A DNA stretch of 64,000 nt from Nymphaea colorata (taxonomy: Eukaryota): the NCBI RefSeq assembly GCF_008831285.2, contig NC_045138.2, positions 26,164,001-26,228,000 on the forward strand. Reading direction: 5' to 3'. This document shows, piece by piece, positions 12,301 to 24,026 of this stretch. The notes below the pieces were generated by a model, which was not told the DNA's origin, searched no databases, and worked only from the letters and a program-made list of their open reading frames with translations. How positions within the stretch are numbered: position 1 is the stretch's first letter; each line of letters starts with the position of its first letter. The position numbers and the translations under genes are program-made.

Positions 12301-14338
12301 ACGCGTGTGCCTTAAGGGGGCTGAACTGTAACACCTTAGAAATTTAGTCCCATATCGAAGATTTGAGGAATCTTCAAGGGTTTATTAAGGGGGTCATTAC
12401 CATAAATGGTTGTCTTGGTTCCTATCTTTTTTAAGGCTGGAGTCAAAACGGCTAGGGGGCGGGTTGGGATTCGCCAGACCAGGGGCCCGAGCCCAGGAGT
12501 GGGTCGGGTTGTTATATGTCCAGCTTAGCATGGGATCAACTTTGGTTGTTGTCTGTGGATACCAAGGTAACATTTGCTAGTAATGTCAATGACTCGATGA
12601 TCAATGGTGTTGAGTGACACATTCGGATCTACCTCAAGAGAATGTGGTTGACTGGTGATTGTGCTGTTGAGTCATTCCAATGTTTGTCTTGGTCATTCAA
12701 TAATCGGAGGTTAAATAATTTAGCATCACCAAAGTGGAACCCAATCTGAGAGGAAATGCTCCAGTCCATGCCTTGTGGCCTTGCCACCTAGATGAGGAAA
12801 ACAGATGAAGTCTGCAGGCTGATATGAAAGATGGCTGTTTGCTTGATAAGGAGAGACACGTGGATGTTTGAAGCATTGATTGAATACCCTGTATTTTGCT
12901 TGATGGCAAGCCCCTGGATTTACATGAAAATTAAAAACTTGGTGGGACAGCCAAGTAGGAATATAAAGGAAAGCATCTCGAGAATTACATTCTAACTACC
13001 TCTTATTAAGATAACCTGAAAATTCGGACAAAATTATGTGGAGCCATTAGAACATGTTTCTGGAAACACAACCATGTCGAACCTAGAGCATTAGCATCAA
13101 GATTGGATGTATTATTTTTACTGGGTTTGAACTATCAAGATACTAATCAATAATCATGACTTGGGTTGGACGTTGTTTGGGTTAGGTTATAGCTTGAATC
13201 TGTGTAGAACCCTTTATTTATTTATCTGTAAATAGAAGCCCTAGACCAAAAAACTTGACAGACAGCTAATGATAGGAGCAGCTTTGGATAAAAAAAGGCC
13301 TTTGGGATGTTTACCTTTGTAAGCAAGGTTGACGTTTGGTAGATAAGAGCTCCCCCTCTTTGTGTCTCCAACTCTTGAGGAATTTTTTCTTCCCTAAGCA
13401 ATTGCAAAATGGATATATAACTAATTATGAAACAATAGAAGAACTATCTGTTTTTCCAATATCCTGTATGCATTGTCAGCTTCATTCTGTAATAAATGAA
13501 CTACAATGTTTGCTTACTGGAACTGTGAAAGATGTTTCCCTTCGAAGTATTTCCCATTAATATTAGTGCCATCTGCTACAATTTTGACCATCTGTATGTG
13601 ATTCAATTTATCTGACGAATAACTTCTGTCTGTGCTCAAAACCCATTCAAGTTATTAACATTTATGCTTGGCAGTTGTGAGTAACCTTGTACCTTGTCTT
13701 TACTTTATGCTTAAACTTTCAATGGCAACTGCAATTGCAGCTACCACCTTGCTGAGAAGAAAATTCCTTCAATACATGGGTATACCAATGGGTTGAAGTT
13801 AGAACAATTTGTATTTGATGCATTTGTATACGCTCCATCAACTGCACTCTTTGAGGTTTGTTATTTAGTTGTGCCCCAAAATTATTGATGTTTACTTTCT
13901 AGTCAACCTGTGGAATTGGAAGATTATGTGGAAACATGTCCAGGCGTTCTAGCTCAGACTCCATTGATATGCAGGCACTACGTGAGGAAGAATTTGCACC
14001 GGTGAAAAATGCCAATGGTTCAAATTTTGACACCCCAGATAGTGCTCGACTACTTGTACTTCGTCTTCACACCCGCTGGGTTGTTGCTGCAGGTGGATTT
14101 CTTACACACACAGTTCCGCTATATGCGACTGGTAGGTGCTCATGCTCACCAGCCAATATATGTGAATATTTGTTGAATTGCACCTTCAGAAATGCTAAAT
14201 ATATTTTTATGCCTTTGTGTTGAATATCTGTTCTCTCCAGGGGTCGAAGTGTCTCCTCTATTATCTTATGCTGGAGAAAATTTAGAGCCTTTCTGTCGGG
14301 GAAAAACATTTCATGCGCCATGCGAGATCACACTCTAA
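6396..14338 (+). CDS. UAP: UDP-N-acetylglucosamine pyrophosphorylase (GlcNAc-1-P uridylyltransferase), 479 aa; exons 6396-6524, 6814-6868, 7055-7206, 7846-7885, 8645-8737, 8807-8919, 8999-9073, 10012-10051, 10157-10239, 10313-10390, 10992-11135, 11642-11709, 13741-13855, 13975-14131, 14241-14338
   Basis: Spliced product has LLSGGQGTRLGSSDPKG, IGLPSGKSLFQLQAER, KAPDGNGG, GVDNALV, EKVGVFV, EYSE, KLEQFVFDAF, REEEFAPVKN and EVSPLLSYAGENL. Exon lengths sum to 1440 nt. Intron 2 has a GC donor. Confidence 0.96.
7263..7386. repeat. Perfect 62-bp tandem duplication in UAP intron 3
   Basis: GATTCATCTACCATG...GTGTAACTTCCCCA at 7263-7324 and 7325-7386. Confidence 0.93.
7941..8140 (+). mobile_element. 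Possible degenerate tRNA-derived SINE in UAP intron 4
   Basis: GC-richer ~200-bp insert with an A-box-like TAGTGTAGTG, a weak B-box-like GATTTGAGCTC and an A-rich tail ATAATAAATAAAAA. Shares AACTAAGTCTC with the segment near 59655. Confidence 0.3.
8268..8409. repeat. Diverged 72-bp tandem duplication in UAP intron 4
   Basis: ACGTTTTGAATTTACTAAA...TTTTACTTATAC-TAATTAT starts at 8268 and again at 8340. Confidence 0.88.
12065..12516 (+). mobile_element. TRIM (terminal-repeat retrotransposon in miniature) in UAP intron 12; LTRs 12065-12249 and 12327-12516, 77-bp internal domain
   Basis: Two ~185-190-bp direct repeats TGTAACACC...GGGTTGTTATA. tRNA-iMet PBS TGGTATCAGAGC at 12251-12262. Purine tract AAGGGGG just before the 3' LTR. 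TSD TGTCC at 12060-12064 and 12517-12521. No coding capacity. Confidence 0.93.
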
Positions 14339-16346
14339 TTGGAAGTGCAGTTTTCTTGTACATGTTAGCTTCGGGATGTGTCTATTCTGGCACAGCGCAT
14401 GCCTATTCAGGTATACCACGTAATATTGATAAGGTTTCCCTGCCTGTTGCTTGTTGAAGTGGGTGGGAACTGGGACATGCTTAGTTTCAATCTGTACTTT
14501 TAGTTTTCCTCTTGAGTCACTATCCTTAGCTTATTTTTTTCTCTCTTTACGCTTCTCTACACAGCGAAATTCATGTGAGGTCGGAAACTAAACGGGCGAA
14601 AGAGCTGATTTCTAGAATGCCTGCCTAAGTCTGTCGCATCCAGTACTTCAAACTGAGGCCTGTAAATTTAGTGGTAGTATGATGTTAGAGTTTCTATTGC
14701 TGCCATATCGGCATTGATGGTTCTCTGCCTACTGCATCCGCTTGTGCTTCTTTCCCCATTTTTTGGGATCCTTTTCTTTTTCTGCTTAATTTTTGAGGGT
14801 TCTGTGAGGTGTGCTATTTCTCGCTTGTCCTTTGTTTTGCCAGAGAATCTGTAAATTCTTTGGCGACCCTTATTAATTACAAAGCTAGTGATGCCAAAAA
14901 GTTTTTACCGTCATAGCTGCACGTTCTACAGTTGAGAGAAGTAATATAATATGGTACGTGAATCAAGGGAAATTATAGTTTCGCATGTGGTGGTTCAAAG
15001 AAAGTGAGAGTAAGTCCAATATCTTCCTCTGAATTACCTCGTTGAGTTGAATCCATCCCCATATCAAACCAAGGCATTAAAATGATTTCCAATTCCTGTA
15101 TGAATAATGTAGTAGAGACTGAGGGTGCATTTTAATGATAACATTCAGGGATTGTCCACACCAAGTTGAAGATGGATTACGAAATTGAAACTCAGAGCGA
15201 GGAAGTAACTCTTATTTTTTTTTCCTTGGCAGAATCCTAGATCCAGTGCTTGGCAGTTGCGGGGACGATAGGCGGGTTTTTATTATTTATTAAATATTTA
15301 GTTTAAAATAGAAAAACGTAATCTAGTCATTAGATAAAGATTGACCTCGCTTCTTATTGGCCTGCCCCTTTTTCGTCTCAGGAAGGGCTTCCTACTGCTG
15401 ATAGTTGTCAAATAAGAGCTTATCTTTATGATTGTCGCATGTTAAGTTGAAATAAGGGTTTGTCTCTATGATTGTCGCATATCAATCTAAAACAAGGGAT
15501 TGTATTTATGGTTGTTAAGATAAAATATTAGACAGATTGCTGGGACGACCACAATATCTTCTTAATAGAATTAGGGAAATAGTATTCAACTTGGAAAAAC
15601 AATATAGAAAAGCAAGATGATTCAGAAGACTGTGCTTGAAGTCTTTGCCTGGTAGGTATCGACCAAACTTTAAACCGTTGCAAAGAAATTAAAGTTGGGG
15701 CAATTTTCTGAGATAGCGATAAAAATGGCCCAGAAATGAAGATTTTGCTGTGCTTAGGAATTCTAGACTTTGCCGATAGCTGGGGTAATTTTATTGCAAT
15801 CGAGACGATTCATTGGTACGGTATTTTTCTTTCCAATTATCGCTTGTTATCATCAAATATCTACAAATAACTCTTTATCACTTAAAAAAACCTTGTTAAT
15901 CACTGTTCACTTGATTCGTATGAAATTTGGAAAAAGTTTTTGAACTCCTAAAAAATATCTTCTGGTTCCTATACTTTTTCAAGAAACTCAAAGAAAGATA
16001 ATCTTTTCAAAGAATAATTATATTCAAAGAACAATCTTAACAACATTCTTTTCAATCACTACTTTGGAGATGCGAAAATGAAGAGAGTGGAAGAGGACCA
16101 GGCTGTTGTATGATGAAATTGGTTAACCATATCTCACAGAGAGCCTAAATGGGCAGCCAGTCAGGGAGTAATTTGGCATTATTCGACGGAGCCGTATAAA
16201 AAACGAACAGCAAACAAGGACTTGATCTCCAGTTCTGCAGCAGAATCAGCACTTCGGTTTAATCCCGATGGTGCAGTTATTTCTCAAACAAGAACACATA
16301 CATTTTAATGGCATGAAATTGAAGCCAGATGAACAGGAGCAAGGCT

Positions 16347-19300
16347 TCAGCTGTATGGAACTGCTCCAAGAAGGGATGCCAAACATGCTAAATGTTGGTG
16401 AAGAAACTTGTAAACTGACTCTGTCGTCATTGCCATGATTCGCACAACCAAACCAATGTCCTGCAAGTCGAGCGAAGTACGACAGTTACGTATAAATGGC
16501 AAGAATGTACTAAACAAAACAATGAGATCGACTACCTTATTACCGATGCCACTGCAGGAAGCAATGAAGTCTGGTTTTTCAATTGTGTGCTGTGATTTCT
16601 GCCTCTTGTTATAGCAACTCCTTGCAGCAAATGGAAGTTGCAATAGTCGTGACATCGTCTCTTTCACATCATTTGCTATCTGATTTCGTATTTGCTTCAA
16701 CTTTGGTCTGCCCATAAAACCAATATCCCTTTTACTTTGTTGAAAAGATTCAGTTAGTCATTATGTAAACTCAATTGGGAGGCTTGAAAAATTGGACGTT
16801 TCAGAATATACTTTTTGCTGCAATAATAAAGATGATTGGATCCAGCAATTGTTGGAAGAGTCTATGGAAAATGCAAATTGAGTCCCAAAAACAGGCAGCG
16901 ACAGTTCAATAGGTACCTCGTCTACAACGAGAAATAGAAGAAAAAATGGTTTCATGATATTTTCCCAAGAATTCCTGAAAATTTTCTGTCATTGTAAGTT
17001 CTGACCAAACCAACATCTAATATATAGTCGTCACTTTCCAAATATGTTGAGGAAATATTGGAAATATTTCTGACCAGACTGATCAAAGCCGAAACCATAA
17101 TGAGAAAAAGAAGAAAGAAGGGTTTTGTTTTCCCAGTAATTCCTGAAAAATTTCTATTATACAAAGTACTAAGCAAGCAAAATACAGTACAGCCGTCATT
17201 TTTAAAATATATTTAGCAATATTAGAAATATTTCTCAAAATCCAACACCAATGTAAAAAAAATTGTTTCCAATACACTGGTCAAAAGCCAAAGCCAGTAT
17301 GAAAATATTTACGTTAGAGCAGCAGCGCAGAAATCATAAACGAACTTACCCAACAAGGATGAGCATTGCAGTTACTTGGTAGTTGTGCATGCGATCAGCA
17401 ACAGTAGAATCCATACTGTCTTCTAGTACCACCTGCCACAGATAAGTATTTGATGCCACATTATATATCGTTTCTTAGTTTCTGTAAATTATAGAAAGCT
17501 AGATAAAAAAAGAAGCAGCAGGTAAAAGTATAGCTATGTCCCTTGATCTCAATCAATAATGAGAGCATGTAAAATATCTGAACATATATCGTGGCTTCAA
17601 CCTAAACCAGTCATGCTGGTAATGGAAAAAGATGGACTCTAGAGCTGCTCTACTTGCTAAGGGCAACAGAGAGAAAAACTAATGTATCTTGTGGTTTATG
17701 CACTTAGCCAAGGTATTTCTGTGGTGGTTCAACTTCAAAGCTGAATTATTTGATGCGAAAAGCTAGGAAGAATGCAGAAACAAAAATGATTCTTCAAAAA
17801 ATCAAGAAATGGCGAGGAACTTCAAGTTCGATATCTCCAAAGTGACGGAGAAACATAATGACAACTGAAGGAAAAAGAAACTGGTAATACAGGAAACAGG
17901 ACCTGACAATCATAAAAAAGTAAAAGTACTTGAAAGCAAAAGGACATTACAGAATCGAGAAAGAGAGGGTGATCTCCTTCCAAAAAGATGTTGTTTGTGC
18001 TCTTGTAGAGACTGAAATCCCACTTCTCCCCACGCTCATGTCTGCCACTGGTGAGCCAGTCTACGATAATTAAATTGGAATTGGAGACAATTCTGAATAT
18101 TTGCTTCTGGGAATATCTTGCACCAGCAAAACACGTAACTGGATCTGGAAGGACAGCTAGAAGAGCATTGCTTCCAACTTGGGCCTACTGAAAGGCATAT
18201 ACAACAGCCATAATCAGCATGAAAGTCATAAAAAATCATGCTTTCACAATCACTCACTAAATTGCGACTAACCGGAGAAACACATGCATGTACAGCGGAA
18301 TCGCATAATTTATCACAAGGTTTCACAATGCTCAGCAAGCACAGAAAGAACATTCTGCAACTAAGAAGCCTTTCCAAATCAATGGAGAAAGGCCAGCACC
18401 ATCAAATTTCAAGTATCCGTCAAAGATGCAGATTAGGATTGCCACATGGCCAATGGCCTTCCAGACGGCTTTCAGGATATCGAAGTGCTGATTACAAATT
18501 GTTGGGAAAGGAGTATCGAGATGTACTTTACTTCAAGCCTGTGATTACAACTAGGAGAACAATCTAGGTATAGATGTATTTGAACAACAACATGGTATTC
18601 AAGAACACGTCTTCAATTGGGATAGAAATTAGAGATATAAAAGCATAATCAAATGACATGCCAAGTAAGCACATCGATCGCATAACGTGTTCATGATCCT
18701 TATGCTCTGCATTTTAATAGCCCAGATGAATATGGTAGTCTAACAGAGAGCTACTACCTCCAGTATTTGCTCAGAGCACTTCGCCCCGATAGCTTTGTAT
18801 ACCTGCAAAATTCCAAACGTGAACATTACATACTTCAGTAAATACGAAGCAGCATAAGCAAACATATTTAATCACTTCAATAGATCATGATCATTATTTA
18901 TACAAAGAAATTGTTAATTCTTTTGGAAAATATTATTGATTCATTTGTCGTATGTAGCAAAAATTGCGACATGGAAAGAAATTCGCTTATCATGCTCTAG
19001 TCCCCCGCTAATGTGACGAAGTGAAGAAGCATAGTAGAGTTCTTTAATTTGACATTTTTATATTTGCTAATACTTTTCCAGATAAAATCTATATTTCTGA
19101 AAAGATCTCAAAAATCTTCCTTGCATACATGCTCCTGCCAGAGAAAGAGGTCCGCGAGATTGCTTCTCGTTCTCCTGCTGCTTTTTATCATTTTATGTTC
19201 AGACAGTGCCTAATACAATGTCTAACAGTTTCCACATTCCTCTTGTGTATCGTGTATCCGATGGGGAGAGGAAGGCGAGCCATCACAGTAAATTAGGCAG

Positions 19301-19489
19301 AGACACCCAGAAAGACAGAGCTGACAAACGAGATGGATAACAAGAAGACGAAAGAAGAGTAGAAAAGCCAGAAGCCACTGACCTTGGTGGAGGACTGGGT
19401 CTTGATGGCAGCAGTGCAATCATTTCCTATTCTTACATCAAAACTGATACGGTCTCCCTGTAACACCATTACTCCAAGATGAGGAAAAA

Positions 19490-19539
<50 letters not shown>

Positions 19540-19865
19540 GCATACGGAGACGATGCCTCCACCAAAGGAGACGGTGTAAACCCACACAGCATCAGAATCT
19601 GCAACACCAGCCTGACCCAAAAGCACAATCCATGTTTGAATCAGAGAGGGGGAGAAAGAAATAGACATTGGAGGGTATAATGAGATTCAGAAGGTGCAAA
19701 AGAGAGAGAAAGAGAGACCTTGGAAGGTATAATGAGTTTAAGAGGGTATCGAGAGAAGCATCGGGTGGGCGTCGACCTTCCCCCTACCTTCTCCACCACC
19801 ATCACTCCATTTTTCCCTCTTGCCGCGTCACCAGAGGACGCCGCCATCACCACCTCCTCCTCCAT
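16347..19865 (-). CDS. ureD: Urease accessory protein D, 311 aa; exons 19865-19719, 19611-19546, 19457-19383, 18802-18758, 18184-17951, 17432-17350, 16707-16536, 16460-16347
   Basis: Spliced product has VVEKVGGRSTPTRCFSRYPLKLIIP, DAVWVYTVSFGGGIVSGD, TQSSTKVYK, LLAVLPDPVTCF, VDWLTSGRHERGEKWDF and VVRIMAMTTESVYKFL, typical of plant UreD. Exon phases are consistent (936 nt). Confidence 0.94.
16930..17305. repeat. Two degenerate ~170-bp tandem units in ureD intron 6
   Basis: Blocks AAGAA...GGTTT...TTTTCCCA-AATTCCTGAAAA-TTTCT, AATATT-GAAATATTTCT and CAAA(A)GCC-AA-CCA recur near 16930-17100 and 17103-17305. Confidence 0.65.
19496..19536. repeat. (GA)n microsatellite in ureD intron 2
   Basis: Dinucleotide run occupying about half of an 88-nt intron. 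Confidence 0.95.
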
Positions 19866-22083
19866 GGCTCTCTCTTCCTTCTTCCTCCCCACAGGCCCTG
19901 ATGCTTCCCGCCGTCATCACGCGGCTGCGGCCTTCTTCTGGAACTCCCGTACTCGGGTCAACGTTCGTCGAATCCGAAACCGTAGCCTGTCGAACTGACT
20001 CGGCTTCTGGACTGAGATCTTGGGTATTGGGATCTTAATAAATTCCAATCTTCACATGTTCGATTTTTAGCTATGCTTTTTCGTTTGAAGATGCATAAGA
20101 TGTCTGCAATACTTGTATCTCAAATGCATAAATTTCAAGTTTGATTCTTCATTGTAAAACCTGCCCACTTTACTATTACAAGCAATTATATTGGTAGGAT
20201 CGCATCTTGATTAAGACATGAATTTAAAAAACTGCAGTAATCAAACAGCCTTTAATAAATTTTCAACTCCCCATCAAATGTTGAACTACACAATTCGGAT
20301 CTTGATTAATTCACGTTATTGAATGTAATTGGTCAGATTCGCTTCAAATCTGGGTTATCAAGTTAGATACAACAAAACCTTAGTTTATAAACCTAATTAA
20401 TGACCCACCTAGATAGTTACTGACCTCCCAATGTTATATGCAATTCTATACATCCAAAACGAATTAACGACCGTGAGGCAAGGGGACAAGGAAGACACAG
20501 TGACCAGATCAAGTACTGGGACTGAGTCAATAACAAGATATGAATGCCAATGGATCATCTCCATTGAACTCGAGTGCAAATGTTCTCCATGAGTTGTTAA
20601 TCATGAATACCTCCGTTGAACTCCGATGAGTGCCATCACTAGAAAATTGGCGCCATGAAAATATTGTGCAAATTGAATTCACTTGGTGTTTGATAAACAC
20701 ATAATTCAAACTTTTTACGTCGAAAATTTCCGTTTCTTACTTGAATCATAGGTTCAGTAGAATTTGGGTGTGATAAACCATGCCCAATTATGGTTCACCC
20801 CCTGCTGATAAGGGTGTCTATCAAAGGATCAACTATGCTCCACCCATGATAACAATGTTAGGAAAAATACTAAGCCTATGTTTTACTAGCCTTTTTGCCT
20901 CTTAGCTAGGGGCTGCGAATGAGCTAGATAAAATGAGCTTAATGTATTCGAGCCATTTAGGTCTGTTTTGATAGCTAAGCCAAGCTGAGCTCAAACTTCT
21001 CTATCACTACATGATCATAAGGAAAACATATGGCTGGTTACAACCGTTCATTTGGTGAAGTTCGGCATTCATGTCACTTGTATATATATATATATATATA
21101 ATCGTGTTTAGCAATGAAGCTTTGATCCTTATCAAGTTATGATCAATTGGCAGGTCGAAGTAAATTAAGACCATTCACATTGGAAGAGGTCAAGTGTTTC
21201 AAGCTAGACATGAGTAGACGTGTTCTGGTAATCTGCCTAACTTCAACTTGCTCGAGGAAAAAAAAAATGAAAAGGGAAAACATCACACATGCCTATCTAT
21301 GTCAAGGAAGCATAGAAAGGCAAAATGAATACAGAATATATAGTTTATTAAATTTGTCAAAGAAAATGCCTGTCGCTATCAGGTGCGTCATCAGTTCTTA
21401 TCAATTCCCCCAAACTTTGATTTTTCCAACACCGTGCCCGTTGATCTCCATTAATTTTCTTCTTCCAAGGGAGCGTGTTTAGGTGAAGAAATCCAGTGTT
21501 TGTGGGTCTATAAGTCACCAATATTCTCCATTCAATCACCTTTAAAAAATTAATAGACTACTCGTTAAACAAAAGAGGACACAACGATCAGATTCTTTAC
21601 ATGTTAATCTTAGAAACAAAAAGGAAAAAAGGAGAACAGGAGGTCTCCATGTACGGAAAACAAGCAGCAGAGACTTCGAAGCAGTGGAGCAACATGACCA
21701 AAGAAGCAAAATTGTGTTGATTCCTGATATCCCAAACACAACGATATAAGCCATTTCTACAGACACCAAGTTCCACAATTTCAACTATGAACAACAAGAG
21801 AAATCTAAACACCATGATCATTGTCTGATGTGAAAGTAATATGAAAGGCAAAAGAGATTGTATAGCAACTAAATGAATGAAACTGCTTGCATCTAAAAGG
21901 GAAGCATACATCATCTCCCCGACTATGGTAAACTACAAAGAGTTTTTTTTTGTTCTTCGAAAATATGTACACAGTCAGTCAGTGTAATGGTTATGCTACT
22001 CTCAAACTGCTCCTCCTTTGCGTCAAATGCGCTTCCTTTTTTTGGTTTGAGTTTTTCAAAGCGACAGTGTGAAACCATCCAGC

Positions 22084-22776
22084 CTACCATCGTTGGAAGC
22101 TGGTGCCTCTTGGCTGCATGTTTGAAGAAACACCATCAAACAAGAAGCCGTCCGGGTTAGGTCTGGAGTTGGTAAACCCCTGCAAGAAGACTTGGTTGCC
22201 GCCATTGTTGCTGCCGCTGGCGACGGCCGCAGCAGCCACGTTCCCACTGTCGCCGCTGGAGAAGAACACCAGCTCTTCCTGGTGTTGTTGCAGGCTTGGC
22301 TGCGCGAGTGGCACAGGGGCTGCGGCCAAGGGGTTGTTCATCTGGTGGTGGTGAGGACCATAGCCGAAGTTGAGATTGGAGCCGCCGGTCTGGTACCCCG
22401 TGAACAGGTGGGCGGAAGGTCCGCCGGTGAATTGCTGCACCATGGCCCGGAAATTGTGGGTGTCGGTGTTGAGGAGGGTGGTGGGGGCTCGCTTCGACAC
22501 CCTCGTCCGCTTCCTTGGGGCTTTCGCCACCCGTCCTTCTGCACCAAGGTGAGAGTTGGCGTTCAAGGCGGCGCCGCTGTTCGCCGAGGCGACGGAGGAA
22601 CCGGCTGGGACCGCACTTCTTTGTGGGGAGGCGAGATCCGGCATTGTCATTGTGGTGGTGACTGCCATTGCATCTGAAACGCGAGCGCTCAGTGGTGGCT
22701 GCACTGGCGCGCCCGGCGCTCGACCAAGCCCGAGATTCCGGTGGTAGAACTCCATCCACTCGCTCTTCCTCTCCAT
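22084..22776 (-). CDS. VQ-motif protein, VQ22/JAV1-like, intronless, 230 aa
   Basis: EGRVAKAPRKRTRVSKRAPTTLLNTDTHNFRAMVQQFTGGPS contains the FxxhVQxhTG motif. The N-terminal EWMEFY resembles the VQ22 clade. GC-rich single exon. Confidence 0.92.
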   Translation of the reverse strand: MERKSEWMEFYHRNLGLGRAPGAPVQPPLSARVSDAMAVTTTMTMPDLASPQRSAVPAGSSVASANSGAALNANSHLGAEGRVAKAPRKRTRVSKRAPTTLLNTDTHNFRAMVQQFTGGPSAHLFTGYQTGGSNLNFGYGPHHHQMNNPLAAAPVPLAQPSLQQHQEELVFFSSGDSGNVAAAAVASGSNNGGNQVFLQGFTNSRPNPDGFLFDGVSSNMQPRGTSFQRW

Positions 22777-23590
22777 AAGCGAAACCGTCTGAGGGTGCGG
22801 AGGGGCCGGACAGAGTAATTCTCCTCCTCTGCTTTCTCTTCCTGCTGGCGTCTCCTCTCCTGCTCTTCCACAGCAACAACTTTCAAAGGAGAAGGTTCTC
22901 TGCGACTGCCGAAGGATGAATATTTATGGTGGGGACTGGCTGTATCCCTTAGTGGCGTCCACACATACCTCCAAAAGAGAAGCTCGAATGGTAAAAAGTC
23001 ATGGAAGAGAAAGGAGCAGGCGGGGGAGGAGGGGCCCTTGACCGTTCACTGAAGATAAAAAAGTCTTCCTCTCCCTGTCCTTTCGGCCATCTCCATGGTG
23101 GTACGTGTCTGTGGACGAAACGCGAGGGGAGTTAGGCAGCCGCAGGGGCTTCTGCGAAACTACGAGTCCGGCCGACGACATCCCACTGACGTTGGCGAGG
23201 CGTCACCTTCTTCTTGGCCCCGCCGTGGGAGAGAGGGGCTGACCGTGACGGCCTTTCTTGGTCGCTGCCGCCGCTGCGTGGAAGCCGGGTGCGCCTCCTT
23301 CCCCTTTTGCGGAGGCACCTTCCTTCGAGCTGAAGGAGAGAGGTCTTGGGTCGCGGAGCCAGCAGGTTGGTCAAGGAGTCGAACCGTCAAAGGCGTAGGT
23401 GAACCGACTGGTCTCATTCACGGGTCTAGTCTTGATGGGACGGGAACAGCCAGCTCCGCCGGTTAGGTGGCCGGCCGGCCTGATATGGTTGGCCCGGGGC
23501 TTTGTTGCATGCTTTGTTGTTCCAACTAGGGCGGGGCATCTGAGCGGCTCGGCCTAGGCCGTGCGTCAAGCCTTCAGTTCATCCTGATCG

Positions 23591-23592
<2 letters not shown>

Positions 23593-23684
<92 letters not shown>
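23593..23684. repeat. Compound (CT)n(AT)n microsatellite
   Basis: CT run 23593-23650 directly followed by an AT run. Confidence 0.97.
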
Positions 23685-23687
<3 letters not shown>

Positions 23688-23886
23688 GTCTGGGGGAGAC
23701 TCAATGCCCACTCTTAATCCCAACAACTGAAAAGTAAGTTTATAAAAAGTTTCAATAATTAAGGATGTTAATGGATGTTACACTCAGATCAAATGCCTAA
23801 CTAAACTACTTTTAAACAAAGTTTGACATGCTTAACAATTTAGCATCCGACCTAGAATTCAGATTCGGATTTAAGAAATGAACACC

Positions 23887-24026
23887 TGATCTAATTCGCA
23901 TTCAGCTTCAGTTTTAGATGAATATATGGTCACACTCGAATTCAGTTTTAAATAAATGATCTAATTCGCATTCAGCTTCAGTTTTAGATGAATATATGGT
24001 CACACTCGAATTCAGTTTTAAATAAA
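23887..24026. repeat. Perfect 70-bp tandem duplication
   Basis: TGATCTAATTCGCATTCAG...TTCAGTTTTAAATAAA starts at 23887 and again at 23957. Confidence 0.93.

Noticed and set aside
12065..12516. Cassandra-type (5S-containing) TRIM
   Set aside because: No 5S rRNA A/C-box similarity visible in the LTRs.
22157..22879. 240-aa alternative-frame ORF and antisense ORFs over the VQ gene
   Set aside because: Expected by-product of a GC-rich exon; no recognisable domain.
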